From Candidatus Woesearchaeota archaeon (GTDB lineage: Archaea > Nanobdellota > Nanobdellia > Woesearchaeales > ARS49), in contig JACQNC010000003.1 of assembly GCA_016203225.1 (NCBI GenBank), positions 2,537 to 66,536 on the forward strand: a DNA stretch of 64,000 nt, written 5' to 3'. The stretch's first letter is position 1, and every line of letters begins with the position of its first letter. The position numbers and the translations under genes were made by a program. Positions 28,409-37,024 of this stretch are shown here, piece by piece. The notes under the pieces are model-generated. The model worked only from the letters and a program-made list of their open reading frames with translations, was not told the origin of the DNA and did no database searches.

Positions 28409-28672
28409 TGTGACGGCGCTGCTCGTCACTGAGGGACCGGGCCCGCGCTATTTCGTGCATGTCGTCGAATACACCTGAGAGACCTACAAGGACTTCCGGG
28501 AAGGATTTCTCAAGAGCGGACAAAAGATCATATTTGAACGCACCGGCATCAGCGCTTCTCAAGCGACCAAAGCGCACACCGATGCGACGATCTGGCTCAA
28601 CATGCAGAAGCTCCACGCTGTCGCGGACGTCAGCGTGCTTGAAGCGATTGTGGACAGCGCGTTGAGCAGGGT

Positions 28673-29392
28673 CTAAAGAACGACGCCGAGGATGCTGCCG
28701 ATCAGGTAGCCTGCGACGGCAGACACGATGCCGATGAGCATCATCGCCGCGCCTGAACGCCACCAGACTCCCACGGTGATCTTCGCCTTGTACGCGCCAG
28801 TCAAGAATAGAACGACGCTGCAGACGGCGAGCGCGGCGACCATCGCGGTCTTGACCGGCAACCTCATGAAGAACGGGATGATCGGGATCAACGAGCCCAC
28901 AAGCGACGCGAAGAAAACGAGTATCGCGCTGTTCAACGGCGACGCGTGCTCGGGCGAGACCTTCAACTCCTCGGCCATCATGGTCGCGAGCCAACGGCGC
29001 CTGCTCGAAGTTATGGCCGTGACGACCTTAGTGAGCAACGTGCCACGGATGCCTTTCTTTGCGAAGATGCTCCTTATCTCGGCGCGTTCCTCCGCAGGAT
29101 GCTTGTCGATCTCGTGCAGTTCCTGCTTCTCGAGGCTCCGGTAGTACGAGCTTGCCGCTTCCGAGCTCGTGTACGCGACAGCGCCCATAGAGATGGATTC
29201 AGCGAACGTCGAAGCGAGCCCGGCGATGATGACTATCTTGGAATCGTTGGTCGCGGAAGCGACGCCGAGCACGAGACCGAGAACGTTGACTACGCCGTCC
29301 TGACCGCCCAAGATGATGTCGCGCAAGCGTGAAGCGACGCCGTTGTGATGGTTGAGCTGGTCCTCGACGTGACTGTCCCTCTTTTTCGGCAT
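28673..29392 (-). CDS. VIT1/CCC1-family iron/manganese transporter
   Basis: GGQDGVVNVLGLVLGVA motif, central cytoplasmic helical segment, and C-terminal TM helices. Confidence 0.8.
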   Translation of the reverse strand: MPKKRDSHVEDQLNHHNGVASRLRDIILGGQDGVVNVLGLVLGVASATNDSKIVIIAGLASTFAESISMGAVAYTSSEAASSYYRSLEKQELHEIDKHPAEERAEIRSIFAKKGIRGTLLTKVVTAITSSRRRWLATMMAEELKVSPEHASPLNSAILVFFASLVGSLIPIIPFFMRLPVKTAMVAALAVCSVVLFLTGAYKAKITVGVWWRSGAAMMLIGIVSAVAGYLIGSILGVVL

Positions 29393-29424
29393 GGACCCAT
29401 GAAGAGAAAGATGCTATTTAAGGA

Positions 29425-30081
29425 TTATGCCTGCCAGGCGTATGCGGCATCGCGCGCAGAACGGAGCAGGTCGCGTCCGGTCCGGTCGACCAACATGCTG
29501 TGGGATTCATACCTGATATCGCAGCGCGGACGCTCGACGCCGAGCAATGCCGCGATACGCGTCACGTCCCACATGATCTTCTTCAGGATGTTGAGCCCTC
29601 GCAATCCGTCCTCGGTGCGGCCATTGTTCCAATGCTCATGGCGGCCGACCTGCAGTTCACCCTTCTCGATGATATCCGCGAGATACATACGCGACATCTG
29701 ATTCTCACGATGCAGCAAACGCAATGCCCTGATCTCGGGATGCAAACGTCGCACATCCAGCGCCTTCTGCGGCAGGGATGACTCAGAGATATAGCTCTGC
29801 AGGCTCGCGGTCGAATAGAACACCGGCGCGGACTCGGGACTCCAAGAGACGCGCAACGGCTGCACAACGCGAACCAGCGAGAAGTATTCCTTGAGCTGGC
29901 CATTACGGTAATCGATGAACTCGCCATCGCGCACAACCGTCGCGGCGACGTTGAACCCGACAAGCAACTCGAGCTGATTCACTTTCTCGAGGAATTCCTC
30001 CTCGGTCTGCTTCTCCGCGGCTTTAGCCGCGCGGTCAGGAGCGACGTCGAATAGTTCTACCAGCAGTTCCGTGAGCGCCAT
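29425..30081 (-). CDS. Hypothetical protein (218 aa)
   Basis: Long ORF with gene-like composition. No family recognised. Confidence 0.5.
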   Translation of the reverse strand: MALTELLVELFDVAPDRAAKAAEKQTEEEFLEKVNQLELLVGFNVAATVVRDGEFIDYRNGQLKEYFSLVRVVQPLRVSWSPESAPVFYSTASLQSYISESSLPQKALDVRRLHPEIRALRLLHRENQMSRMYLADIIEKGELQVGRHEHWNNGRTEDGLRGLNILKKIMWDVTRIAALLGVERPRCDIRYESHSMLVDRTGRDLLRSARDAAYAWQA

Positions 30082-30183
30082 AGCGCGATGATGACTGGTC
30101 GAGAATATAAATATTTCTTTACTCTATAGTGAGTACACATCATCTTCACAACATTTATAATTCCGCCACAGACGGATAGCACC

Positions 30184-30417
30184 GTGCCACTGACGATCAT
30201 ACACGAACGCTGGAAGTGCATCGGGTGCGGGAGCTGCGTCGCTGTCGATCCTGACAGGTGGGTGATGGCAGACGACAACTTCGCGGACCTGAAGGAGAGC
30301 ACGCACACGAAGGTGCCTGAAGGCACGCGGGAAACGCGCGACGTCGAGGACGTAGGCATGTCGCAGGAAGCTGCGGACATCTGCCCTGTGAACTGCATCC
30401 ACGTCAAGAAGAAGTAA
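30184..30417 (+). CDS. Small ferredoxin (single Fe-S cluster type)
   Basis: CIGCGSCVAV...CPVNCI cysteine pattern. GTG start. TATA-like CATTTATAATT ~30 nt upstream. Confidence 0.7.
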   Translation: MPLTIIHERWKCIGCGSCVAVDPDRWVMADDNFADLKESTHTKVPEGTRETRDVEDVGMSQEAADICPVNCIHVKKK

Positions 30418-30547
30418 ATCTTCTATATAGAAATCATTATGTCTCGACGGGTGATTCTACTCTTCCAGAATATTATTCAATATAAAAAAAAAGGAATGTT
30501 TATTAAGAAGCCGCCCCCACGATCGTAGCGAGGTGTAACGGGTTTTC

Positions 30548-32650
30548 ATGGCCAGACTTTCCCAAGTCCGCAAGCGCGACGGTTCTCTCGAAGACTTCCA
30601 GCCTCAAAAAATCCAGGAAGCCATCCACAAAGCGCTCCAAGCCGTGAAAGGCAAGGACGGCAAGCTCGCGAAAAAGCTCGCGGACCAGGTCGTGCAGAAC
30701 CTCGAGCGCCACTTCTCCAGCAAAATCATCCCCTCTGTCGAGGACGTGCAGGACATCGTCGAAGAGACGATGATTAGGAACAAGTTGTCCGATGTCGCGA
30801 AGGCGTTCATCCTATACCGCCAGCAGCACAAGGACGTGCGCGAGTTCAAGACGTTCCTAGGTGTGCGCGACGAGCTGAAGCTCTCGCCGAACGCGATCAA
30901 GGTTCTCGCGCGGCGCTACCTGTTGCGCAACGAGGAAGGCAGCATCATCGAGACTCCCGCGCGGTTGTTCAGGCGCGTCGCGAAAGCAGTCGCGGCCGTC
31001 GAGCGCACATACGATCCAAAGACGAACGTGCAGAAGGTCGAGGACTCGTTCTACAAGCTCATGAGCGAGCTCGACTTCCTGCCGAACACGCCCACGCTCA
31101 TGAACGCCGGCACGCAGCTCGGGCAGCTATCCGCGTGCTTCGTAATCCCTGTCGGTGATTCGCTCCTCGAGATCTTCGATGCTGTCAAGCACATGGCCAT
31201 CATCCACCAAAGCGGTGGCGGGACCGGCTTCTCGTTCTCGCGCCTGCGGCCGAAAGGCGACCTCGTCAAGAGCACGAAAGGCGTCGCTTCGGGACCGGTG
31301 AGCTTCATGCGCATCTTCGACACGACGACTGACGTCATCAAGCAAGGCGGCAAGCGCAGAGGCGCCAACATGGGCATACTCAGGTGCGACCATCCGGACA
31401 TCCTGGAATTCATCAACGCCAAGACGCACGAGGGCTGGCTGACCAACTTCAATGTCTCTGTCGCGGTCACGGACAAATTCATGCAGGCCGTCGACAAGAA
31501 CCTCGAGTACGACCTGATCAATCCGCGCTCGGGAAGGGTCACGGGCAAGCTCAAGGCGAAGGAGGTGTTCGAGCTCATCTGCGCGAACGCCTGGCGCACC
31601 GCCGATCCGGGTCTGATCTTCATCGACGAGATAAACCGCAAGAACCCCACTTCCGCGATGGGGACTATCGAGAGCACGAACCCTTGCGGAGAAGTGCCAT
31701 TGCACCCGTACGAAGCGTGCAACCTCGGCAGCATCAATGTCGCGAGGTTCGTGCGCAACGGAAAGCCCGAATGGGAGCGCCTGCAGAAGGCGATAAAGAC
31801 TGCGGTGCACTTCCTCGACAACGTCATCGACGCGAACAAGTACCCGCTGCCCGAGATCGAGGCTGTCGTGAAGTCCAACAGACGCATCGGGTTGGGCATC
31901 ATGGGTTTCGCAGAGATGCTGATCAGGCTCAACATCCCGTACGACTCCAACAAGGCGCTCGAGTTCGCCGAGAGACTCATGAAGTTCCTCAACGACGAGG
32001 CGCGCAAGTGTTCGAACGAGCTGGCGAAGCGCGGCAGCTTCCCTAACTTCGACAGGAGCGTCTGGAGCAAGGATAAGAGGACCGCGAAAGGGACGCGCAA
32101 CGCGACCGTGACGACGATCGCGCCGACGGGAACGATCTCCATCATCGCGAACGCGACGTCGGGGATCGAGCCGCTGTTCGCTGTCACTTTCGTACGTGAG
32201 GTCATGGAGGGCACGCACCTGCTCGAGGTCAACCCCGTGTTCGAGGACGTCGCGAAGAAGCGCGGGTTCTACTCAAAGGGGTTGATGATGAAGATCGCGC
32301 GCAGAGGAAGCGTGCAGGGCCTGAAGGAGGTCCCTAAAGACGTGCAACGCGTGTTCGTCACGGCGCTGGATATCGATCCCGAATGGCACGTGAATATCCA
32401 AGCTGCGTTCCAGAAGTCCTGCGACAATGCTGTCTCGAAAACGATCAATCTCGAAGAGAAAGCCACTATCGAGGACGTGCGCAAGGCGTATCTGGCCGCA
32501 TACAAACTGAAATGCAAGGGCATCACGGTCTATCGGTATGGTTCTAAGAAGGAACAGGTGCTCTACATCGGCAAGACTCCTGACGAGGAGCACGTCGCCG
32601 CCACGTCAGAGTTCGCCGGCGGCTGCCCTGGTGTCGAGTGCGTACACTAG
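30548..32650 (+). CDS. nrdJ: Adenosylcobalamin-dependent (class II) ribonucleotide reductase with N-terminal ATP-cone, intein-free paralog
   Basis: ATP-cone VRKRDGSLEDFQPQKI and active site STNPCGEVPLHPYEACNLGSINV. 700 aa. Confidence 0.9.
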   Translation: MARLSQVRKRDGSLEDFQPQKIQEAIHKALQAVKGKDGKLAKKLADQVVQNLERHFSSKIIPSVEDVQDIVEETMIRNKLSDVAKAFILYRQQHKDVREFKTFLGVRDELKLSPNAIKVLARRYLLRNEEGSIIETPARLFRRVAKAVAAVERTYDPKTNVQKVEDSFYKLMSELDFLPNTPTLMNAGTQLGQLSACFVIPVGDSLLEIFDAVKHMAIIHQSGGGTGFSFSRLRPKGDLVKSTKGVASGPVSFMRIFDTTTDVIKQGGKRRGANMGILRCDHPDILEFINAKTHEGWLTNFNVSVAVTDKFMQAVDKNLEYDLINPRSGRVTGKLKAKEVFELICANAWRTADPGLIFIDEINRKNPTSAMGTIESTNPCGEVPLHPYEACNLGSINVARFVRNGKPEWERLQKAIKTAVHFLDNVIDANKYPLPEIEAVVKSNRRIGLGIMGFAEMLIRLNIPYDSNKALEFAERLMKFLNDEARKCSNELAKRGSFPNFDRSVWSKDKRTAKGTRNATVTTIAPTGTISIIANATSGIEPLFAVTFVREVMEGTHLLEVNPVFEDVAKKRGFYSKGLMMKIARRGSVQGLKEVPKDVQRVFVTALDIDPEWHVNIQAAFQKSCDNAVSKTINLEEKATIEDVRKAYLAAYKLKCKGITVYRYGSKKEQVLYIGKTPDEEHVAATSEFAGGCPGVECVH

Positions 32651-32680
32651 CGTCCCCCCTGGCTTTTCTTCAGCACATCG

Positions 32681-32827
32681 CTCCCCAGGCAGGTTCGAGT
32701 CGCTTTTGGCTCTGGATTCGATAGAAGTAAAGCTACGTCAATCGTGCTTGGGCTCCTGCCGAATCCAGCAGGTTCGGCGGAGCAGCAGAATGCTGAGGCG
32801 TTCTGCATGCTCATCACGCTTGGGAAC
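32681..32827 (+). repeat. Intergenic palindromic repeat family, copy C (composite long form)
   Basis: Inner palindrome at 32684-32752 (CCCAGGCAGGTTCGAGTCGC...CGTCAATCGTGCTTGGG). Hairpins follow at 32752-32781 and ~32784-32808. Ends CTCATCACGCTTGGGAAC. Starts 31 nt after the nrdJ2 stop. Confidence 0.75.
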
Positions 32828-32845
32828 GGCGATGATTAAGCAGCC

Positions 32846-32863
32846 TTTTCCGTGATTCTTCCG
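32846..32863. promoter_or_regulatory. 18-mer TTTTCCGTGATTCTTCCG, exact reverse-complement copy of 6108-6125
   Basis: Checked base by base. Lies ~70 nt upstream of the Lrp-like gene. Confidence 0.5.
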
Positions 32864-32930
32864 GTTTTTGTGAAAGAACCACGGAAATTTCTCGGCAAGA
32901 CATAAAAAAAGCAGACACTCCATTCGTGAC

Positions 32931-33368
32931 ATGGACGAACGCGACCAAAACCTGGTGACGGAACTGAGGAAGGACGGCAAAGCGACACTGACAGGCATCA
33001 AAAGGGTCACGAATATCCCTATCTCGACATTGCACGAACATTTCGGCAAGCTCGCATGCATCACCAGATTCGTGACGCTCATCGACTTCGTGAAGGTCGG
33101 ATTCCCTGTGCGGCGCATGTACGCTGCGGACTTGAAGCGCGCGCTGCCTGATGACCTGCTGAACAGTCCGAACATAAACACGCTGAGCCAGCTCTCGCGC
33201 GGCGGCGACGTGTTCATAGACGCGCTGTTCAAGACGGCAGCCGAGGCTGACGCTTTCGAGGAAGCGCTCGAACGCGTCGCGAAGCACGTGCAGGTCATCC
33301 ACGTCCTGACAGAACTGAAGCGCGAAGCGTTCCTGACAGATTCAAAGCACTGGATTTTTCCGGAATAA
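32931..33368 (+). CDS. Lrp/AsnC-like transcriptional regulator
   Basis: N-terminal HTH NLVTELRKDGKATLTGIKRVTNIPISTLHEHF and a C-terminal RAM-like alpha/beta half. 145 aa. Confidence 0.6.
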   Translation: MDERDQNLVTELRKDGKATLTGIKRVTNIPISTLHEHFGKLACITRFVTLIDFVKVGFPVRRMYAADLKRALPDDLLNSPNINTLSQLSRGGDVFIDALFKTAAEADAFEEALERVAKHVQVIHVLTELKREAFLTDSKHWIFPE

Positions 33369-33395
33369 CCGGAAAAACAACGCTTTTTCTCATTT

Positions 33396-33416
33396 TTTTC
33401 GGAAACTTTCCGAAAA
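33396..33416. promoter_or_regulatory. Perfect 10-1-10 palindrome TTTTCGGAAA-C-TTTCCGAAAA in a TTCCG-rich block (33355-33450)
   Basis: Read directly from the sequence. Lies between the Lrp-like gene and the S8 protease gene. A neighbouring imperfect palindrome CCTTTCCGACATTCTCGGAAGG (33425-33446) resembles 6095-6113. Confidence 0.5.
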
Positions 33417-33490
33417 GTTCGTAACCTTTCCGACATTCTCGGAAGGTTTCCGGTATTTTCTCCGCAACCGCGTTCAAAAGCACCATCTCG

Positions 33491-35338
33491 TTGGTTGGCA
33501 TGGAAACACTCATCACCGCCAACCAAGAACGCGCGTACGCCGTCGCGAACACGACAGAACAGGGGATCTACGCGATCAACAATAATCTCGTGATCCCGGC
33601 GAGCGCGGCATACGCGATCAAGCTAAGGACTTTCCCGTCGCTGTTCGGCGAACGCAAAGTCTCTCCGGCAGCGTTCGCGAGGGAACGTGAGTCGGTCAAC
33701 GACTCCGGAACGCTCATCGGCTACGACAATGGCATCAAACTGCACCAAGTCATAGAATGCCACACAACATCCATCAAGACATCGTGCGTCTCGCACAGAA
33801 CGAACGTAAACGTCACGCTCGGAGACCCTCTCGAGCGACTGGTCGAGTTCTACCGCGCGCATCCTCAGGAGGCGCTGCAGTTCGGGTTCGCGACAAAGGA
33901 CGGAGTCAAGACACTGCACGCGCCCGGAACAGTCTACGGAGAGGCGATACCGTGGAACTACAGGGATGGCGGCAACGTCAGCACGTTCAAGAACGCGGTG
34001 AACCAGCCATACCATCCGCGGCTCCTGGAAGCGCTCGGACGGGCGGACCTCAAGCGCGCGCGGAAGACGATAGACGCGTTCCTGGATGAGGACTACTGCA
34101 TCATAGACCGCGCCATGGTGACGATTGGCCGCGTGTTTTCAGGACCGGTCGGAACCCCCACAATCACTGTCCCGCGCCGCACGCCTGAAGAGGAGCGAAA
34201 GCAAGACCTGCTCGCGAGCAACCAGGAACGCGCGCGGATAATGATCAACGTCCGCGAGACAGGGAACGCGCGCCAGAACTATGAATGTCGACAGGAACTC
34301 GCGGACCTGCTCACGAAGGACTACAAGCTGCCATGCACGGCGCTGATGACCGCATCTACGATCGTGATGACAACGGACACGAACGAGGCCGGCCGGTGCA
34401 TGACACACCTGCAGGCGCGGCGGTATCAGGCAGCGGCGGTGTCAAGCACGCGACTGTCAAGGATGCGCCTAGTTGCGCTGCCGAAGCCGAAGACACGCAC
34501 GCAGCGCAGGCAAGGCCAGCTCAGCCACGTCGCGCTGCTGAACGCGTACGCGGCGCACCGCATCACTACAGGCGAGGGCATAGTCGGAGCCGTGATGGAC
34601 ACCGGCGTCGACTACACGCACGAGGCGCTCGCCGCGAACTTCGGGACGGACAAGGGATACGATTTCGTGCGCGACACTACGGACCCGATGGACCTCGAAG
34701 GCCACGGTACGCACGTGGCAGGCATCTGGGCCTCTGTCGCGCCAGGAGTGCGGCTGAAGGCAGTCCGCGTGCTCGACGAGTGGGGCCGGGGAAACGAAGC
34801 TGACATCCTGCTGGGCTATGAATACTGCTATCGGAACCAGATCCCGATCATCAACTGCAGCTTCGGCAGCCCATTCGCGTCAGAGGAGGAACGCCAGGTC
34901 GTGGAAGCGGCGCCATCGTGCGGCTGCATGATCGTCGCCGCCGCCGGCAACGACTCATCAGGCGAGCGAGACGAGGACATCCCTAGCTATCCAGCAGTGT
35001 TCTCGGGCGTGCAGAGCATCGGCAGCGTCAACCCCGACCGCAAGCACTCGTCATTCAGCAACATGGGCTTCGTGTCGTTCTCGGCACAGGGCGAGGACGT
35101 GTTGTCGACACTGCCGGACGACTCGTACGGCACGATGGACGGCACATCGATGGCGTCGCCTTCTGTCGCTGGCGCGTTGACGCTGCAGCTGGCGGCGAAT
35201 CCGCGCTCACTCGAGGACAGGCTCATGATCGCGCACGCGCGATGCTTCACGGAGTTCGGAAAGGCTTATCCTGAAAATGAATGGACGCGCAGGTTCGGGT
35301 ACGGCATCCCCGACTGCCTGCGGCTGGTGGAACGATGA
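33491..35338 (+). CDS. Subtilisin-like (S8) serine protease with ~340-aa N-terminal region of unknown function, no signal peptide
   Basis: Catalytic triad contexts VMDTGVD, HGTHVAG and GTSMASP lie in the C-terminal ~270 aa. The N-terminus is non-hydrophobic. Confidence 0.8.
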   Translation: MVGMETLITANQERAYAVANTTEQGIYAINNNLVIPASAAYAIKLRTFPSLFGERKVSPAAFARERESVNDSGTLIGYDNGIKLHQVIECHTTSIKTSCVSHRTNVNVTLGDPLERLVEFYRAHPQEALQFGFATKDGVKTLHAPGTVYGEAIPWNYRDGGNVSTFKNAVNQPYHPRLLEALGRADLKRARKTIDAFLDEDYCIIDRAMVTIGRVFSGPVGTPTITVPRRTPEEERKQDLLASNQERARIMINVRETGNARQNYECRQELADLLTKDYKLPCTALMTASTIVMTTDTNEAGRCMTHLQARRYQAAAVSSTRLSRMRLVALPKPKTRTQRRQGQLSHVALLNAYAAHRITTGEGIVGAVMDTGVDYTHEALAANFGTDKGYDFVRDTTDPMDLEGHGTHVAGIWASVAPGVRLKAVRVLDEWGRGNEADILLGYEYCYRNQIPIINCSFGSPFASEEERQVVEAAPSCGCMIVAAAGNDSSGERDEDIPSYPAVFSGVQSIGSVNPDRKHSSFSNMGFVSFSAQGEDVLSTLPDDSYGTMDGTSMASPSVAGALTLQLAANPRSLEDRLMIAHARCFTEFGKAYPENEWTRRFGYGIPDCLRLVER

Positions 35339-35634
35339 AGATAAAGATCTGCTATGAACCTTTGGAGACCAAAACACCGGAAGAACAGCAAATACTGCTG
35401 ACCGGGCTCGCAGGATCGCTGGCGCAGACAGGCAGCGCGCCTCAAACCTATGTCACCGCGCTCAAGACCCTGCTGGGCTGTTACGGTGTCATTTTGGACG
35501 CGCGCGAGCGGTTGATCCAGCAACCGGTGATCCACGGAGAGGTCGATGAAGCGCAGTTCGGCAGGCTCGAACAGGAACTGCTGAAGCTGCCTGGCGTGAC
35601 TGTCGCGAAACAGAACGAGTACAAAGGTTTTTAA
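35335..35634 (+). CDS. Hypothetical protein (99 aa) translationally coupled to the S8 protease
   Basis: ATGA start/stop overlap with the S8 gene. Predicted helical. No family recognised. Confidence 0.5.
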   Translation: MKIKICYEPLETKTPEEQQILLTGLAGSLAQTGSAPQTYVTALKTLLGCYGVILDARERLIQQPVIHGEVDEAQFGRLEQELLKLPGVTVAKQNEYKGF

Positions 35635-35692
35635 ACAGCCCACCCTGTAATTCGTCCATCACAGGCGTGGGCCTGCAAAGGAGGCTATCAAT

Positions 35693-36022
35693 ATGGCAAA
35701 GACAGTTTCAGCGGATGAAGGGAAGCTTTGGGCGTTCCTCGCGTACCTGCTCGGCTTGATTGGGTTCGTGCTGGTGATCGCGCTCAAGAAGGACAACAAA
35801 TTCGCGATGTACCACGCCAAGCAGAGCCTGGTGCTGTTCATATTCATGGTGCTCGTGATGGTCGTTGGAACCGTCATCCCGTTCATCGGCTGGTTCATCA
35901 TCATGCCGCTCGGAAGCCTGCTGGTGCTGATCCTGTGGATCCTTGGCATCGTGAATGCGCTCACGGGCAAGGAAGCGCCATTGTGGCTCATCGGCAGGTT
36001 CGGCGACAAGCTGAATTTCTGA
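35693..36022 (+). CDS. DUF4870-like membrane protein
   Basis: LWAFLAYLLGLIGFVL...MYHAKQSLVLF pattern. 109 aa with 3 TM helices. Confidence 0.65.
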   Translation: MAKTVSADEGKLWAFLAYLLGLIGFVLVIALKKDNKFAMYHAKQSLVLFIFMVLVMVVGTVIPFIGWFIIMPLGSLLVLILWILGIVNALTGKEAPLWLIGRFGDKLNF

Positions 36023-36078
36023 ACGTGTTCTTTTATTTCGCTTCATTTTTTGATAAAACCTATTCGGAGGATTGAACT

Positions 36079-36510
36079 ATGGCATCACCATTCGGGATAA
36101 TCGGCGGCCTCGTGTTCGCGGTCGTCGGCATCGTTGTAAGCAGCCTATTGCTATGGGTGACGACGAAACTGTTGGCGAAGACATTCGGGATCAAGGACAC
36201 AGGATTCAAGACGGCGTTCGTCGTCGCCCTGATCCTCGGCATCGTGAACTACGTCATCGGCCTCGTGCTGGGATTCGTGCCCATAATCGGCGCGTTCGTC
36301 GCTGGCGCTGTCGGCTTGATCGTGGGGATCCTGCTCGGATACTACCTGGTCAAGAAGCACTACGCACTGAACACCGGACACGCGATCGTCGTGCTGGTCG
36401 TGTGGTTCGTGCTGAGCTGGATCGCGACGGCCATCCTGGGCGCTATCTTCGCGGCCATCTTCATCGGCACCGCGCTCGCGGCAGGCGGCGCTTCGGCGCT
36501 CTTCGGGTGA
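36079..36510 (+). CDS. Hypothetical membrane protein
   Basis: 143 aa with 4 Gly/Val/Ile-rich TM helices. Confidence 0.55.
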   Translation: MASPFGIIGGLVFAVVGIVVSSLLLWVTTKLLAKTFGIKDTGFKTAFVVALILGIVNYVIGLVLGFVPIIGAFVAGAVGLIVGILLGYYLVKKHYALNTGHAIVVLVVWFVLSWIATAILGAIFAAIFIGTALAAGGASALFG

Positions 36511-36514
36511 ACGT

Positions 36515-37024
36515 ATGAAGGCGATATTTTCTTTTTTCGTTCTAGCTTTGCTGGTCGGATGCACTGCGACGACCACCGAAACGCGGACAACGACCGGCGC
36601 GGGAAGCGACGCCCCGGACGACGGCATCCTCACTGACGTCAAGGCCCTGTTCAAGTCGGGGATGGCCGCGAAGTGTGAGATGACCATGCCTGAGGGCACG
36701 GCCACGATGTACATAAACGGCAAGAACTCGCGCGTCGACGCCATGACGAACAACCAGGAGTCGCACATGATCAACGACGGCACGTACCTGTACGCCTGGA
36801 GCGGCTCCGAAGGGGTCAAGATGAACCTCGAGAAGATCGAGCAAGCATCCGCAAGCACCGGCAAGTCAGCGCAGACGCCTGAGGACTTCGCGACCCAGCC
36901 GGACGTGGACGTCCAATGCAGGCCGACGACCGTCTCGGGAAGCATGTTCATGCCGCCCTCGACCGTGCAGTTCACGGACCTGAGCGCCATGATGGAAAGC
37001 GCCATGGCCGGAGCTGCGCGCTGA
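36515..37024 (+). CDS. Hypothetical lipoprotein
   Basis: Lipobox LALLVGCTAT followed by a Thr-rich linker. 169 aa. Confidence 0.6.
   Translation: MKAIFSFFVLALLVGCTATTTETRTTTGAGSDAPDDGILTDVKALFKSGMAAKCEMTMPEGTATMYINGKNSRVDAMTNNQESHMINDGTYLYAWSGSEGVKMNLEKIEQASASTGKSAQTPEDFATQPDVDVQCRPTTVSGSMFMPPSTVQFTDLSAMMESAMAGAAR

Noticed and set aside
28395-28994. 199-aa minus-strand ORF
   Set aside because: Most of it overlaps the VIT1 gene in another frame with Arg-rich shadow composition. Only its 3' tail is unexplained, and that is reported as a low-interest finding.
30421-30478. TTCTATATAGAA and GAATATTATTC palindromes upstream of the second nrdJ as NrdR boxes
   Set aside because: The core is 2 bp shorter than the NrdR-box consensus and the outer ACAC/GTGT arms are missing. 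They are more simply AT-rich TATA-like promoter elements, so I kept them only as a remark.
31051-32232. 393-aa and 363-aa minus-strand ORFs
   Set aside because: They are antisense to the second nrdJ and have no family motifs.
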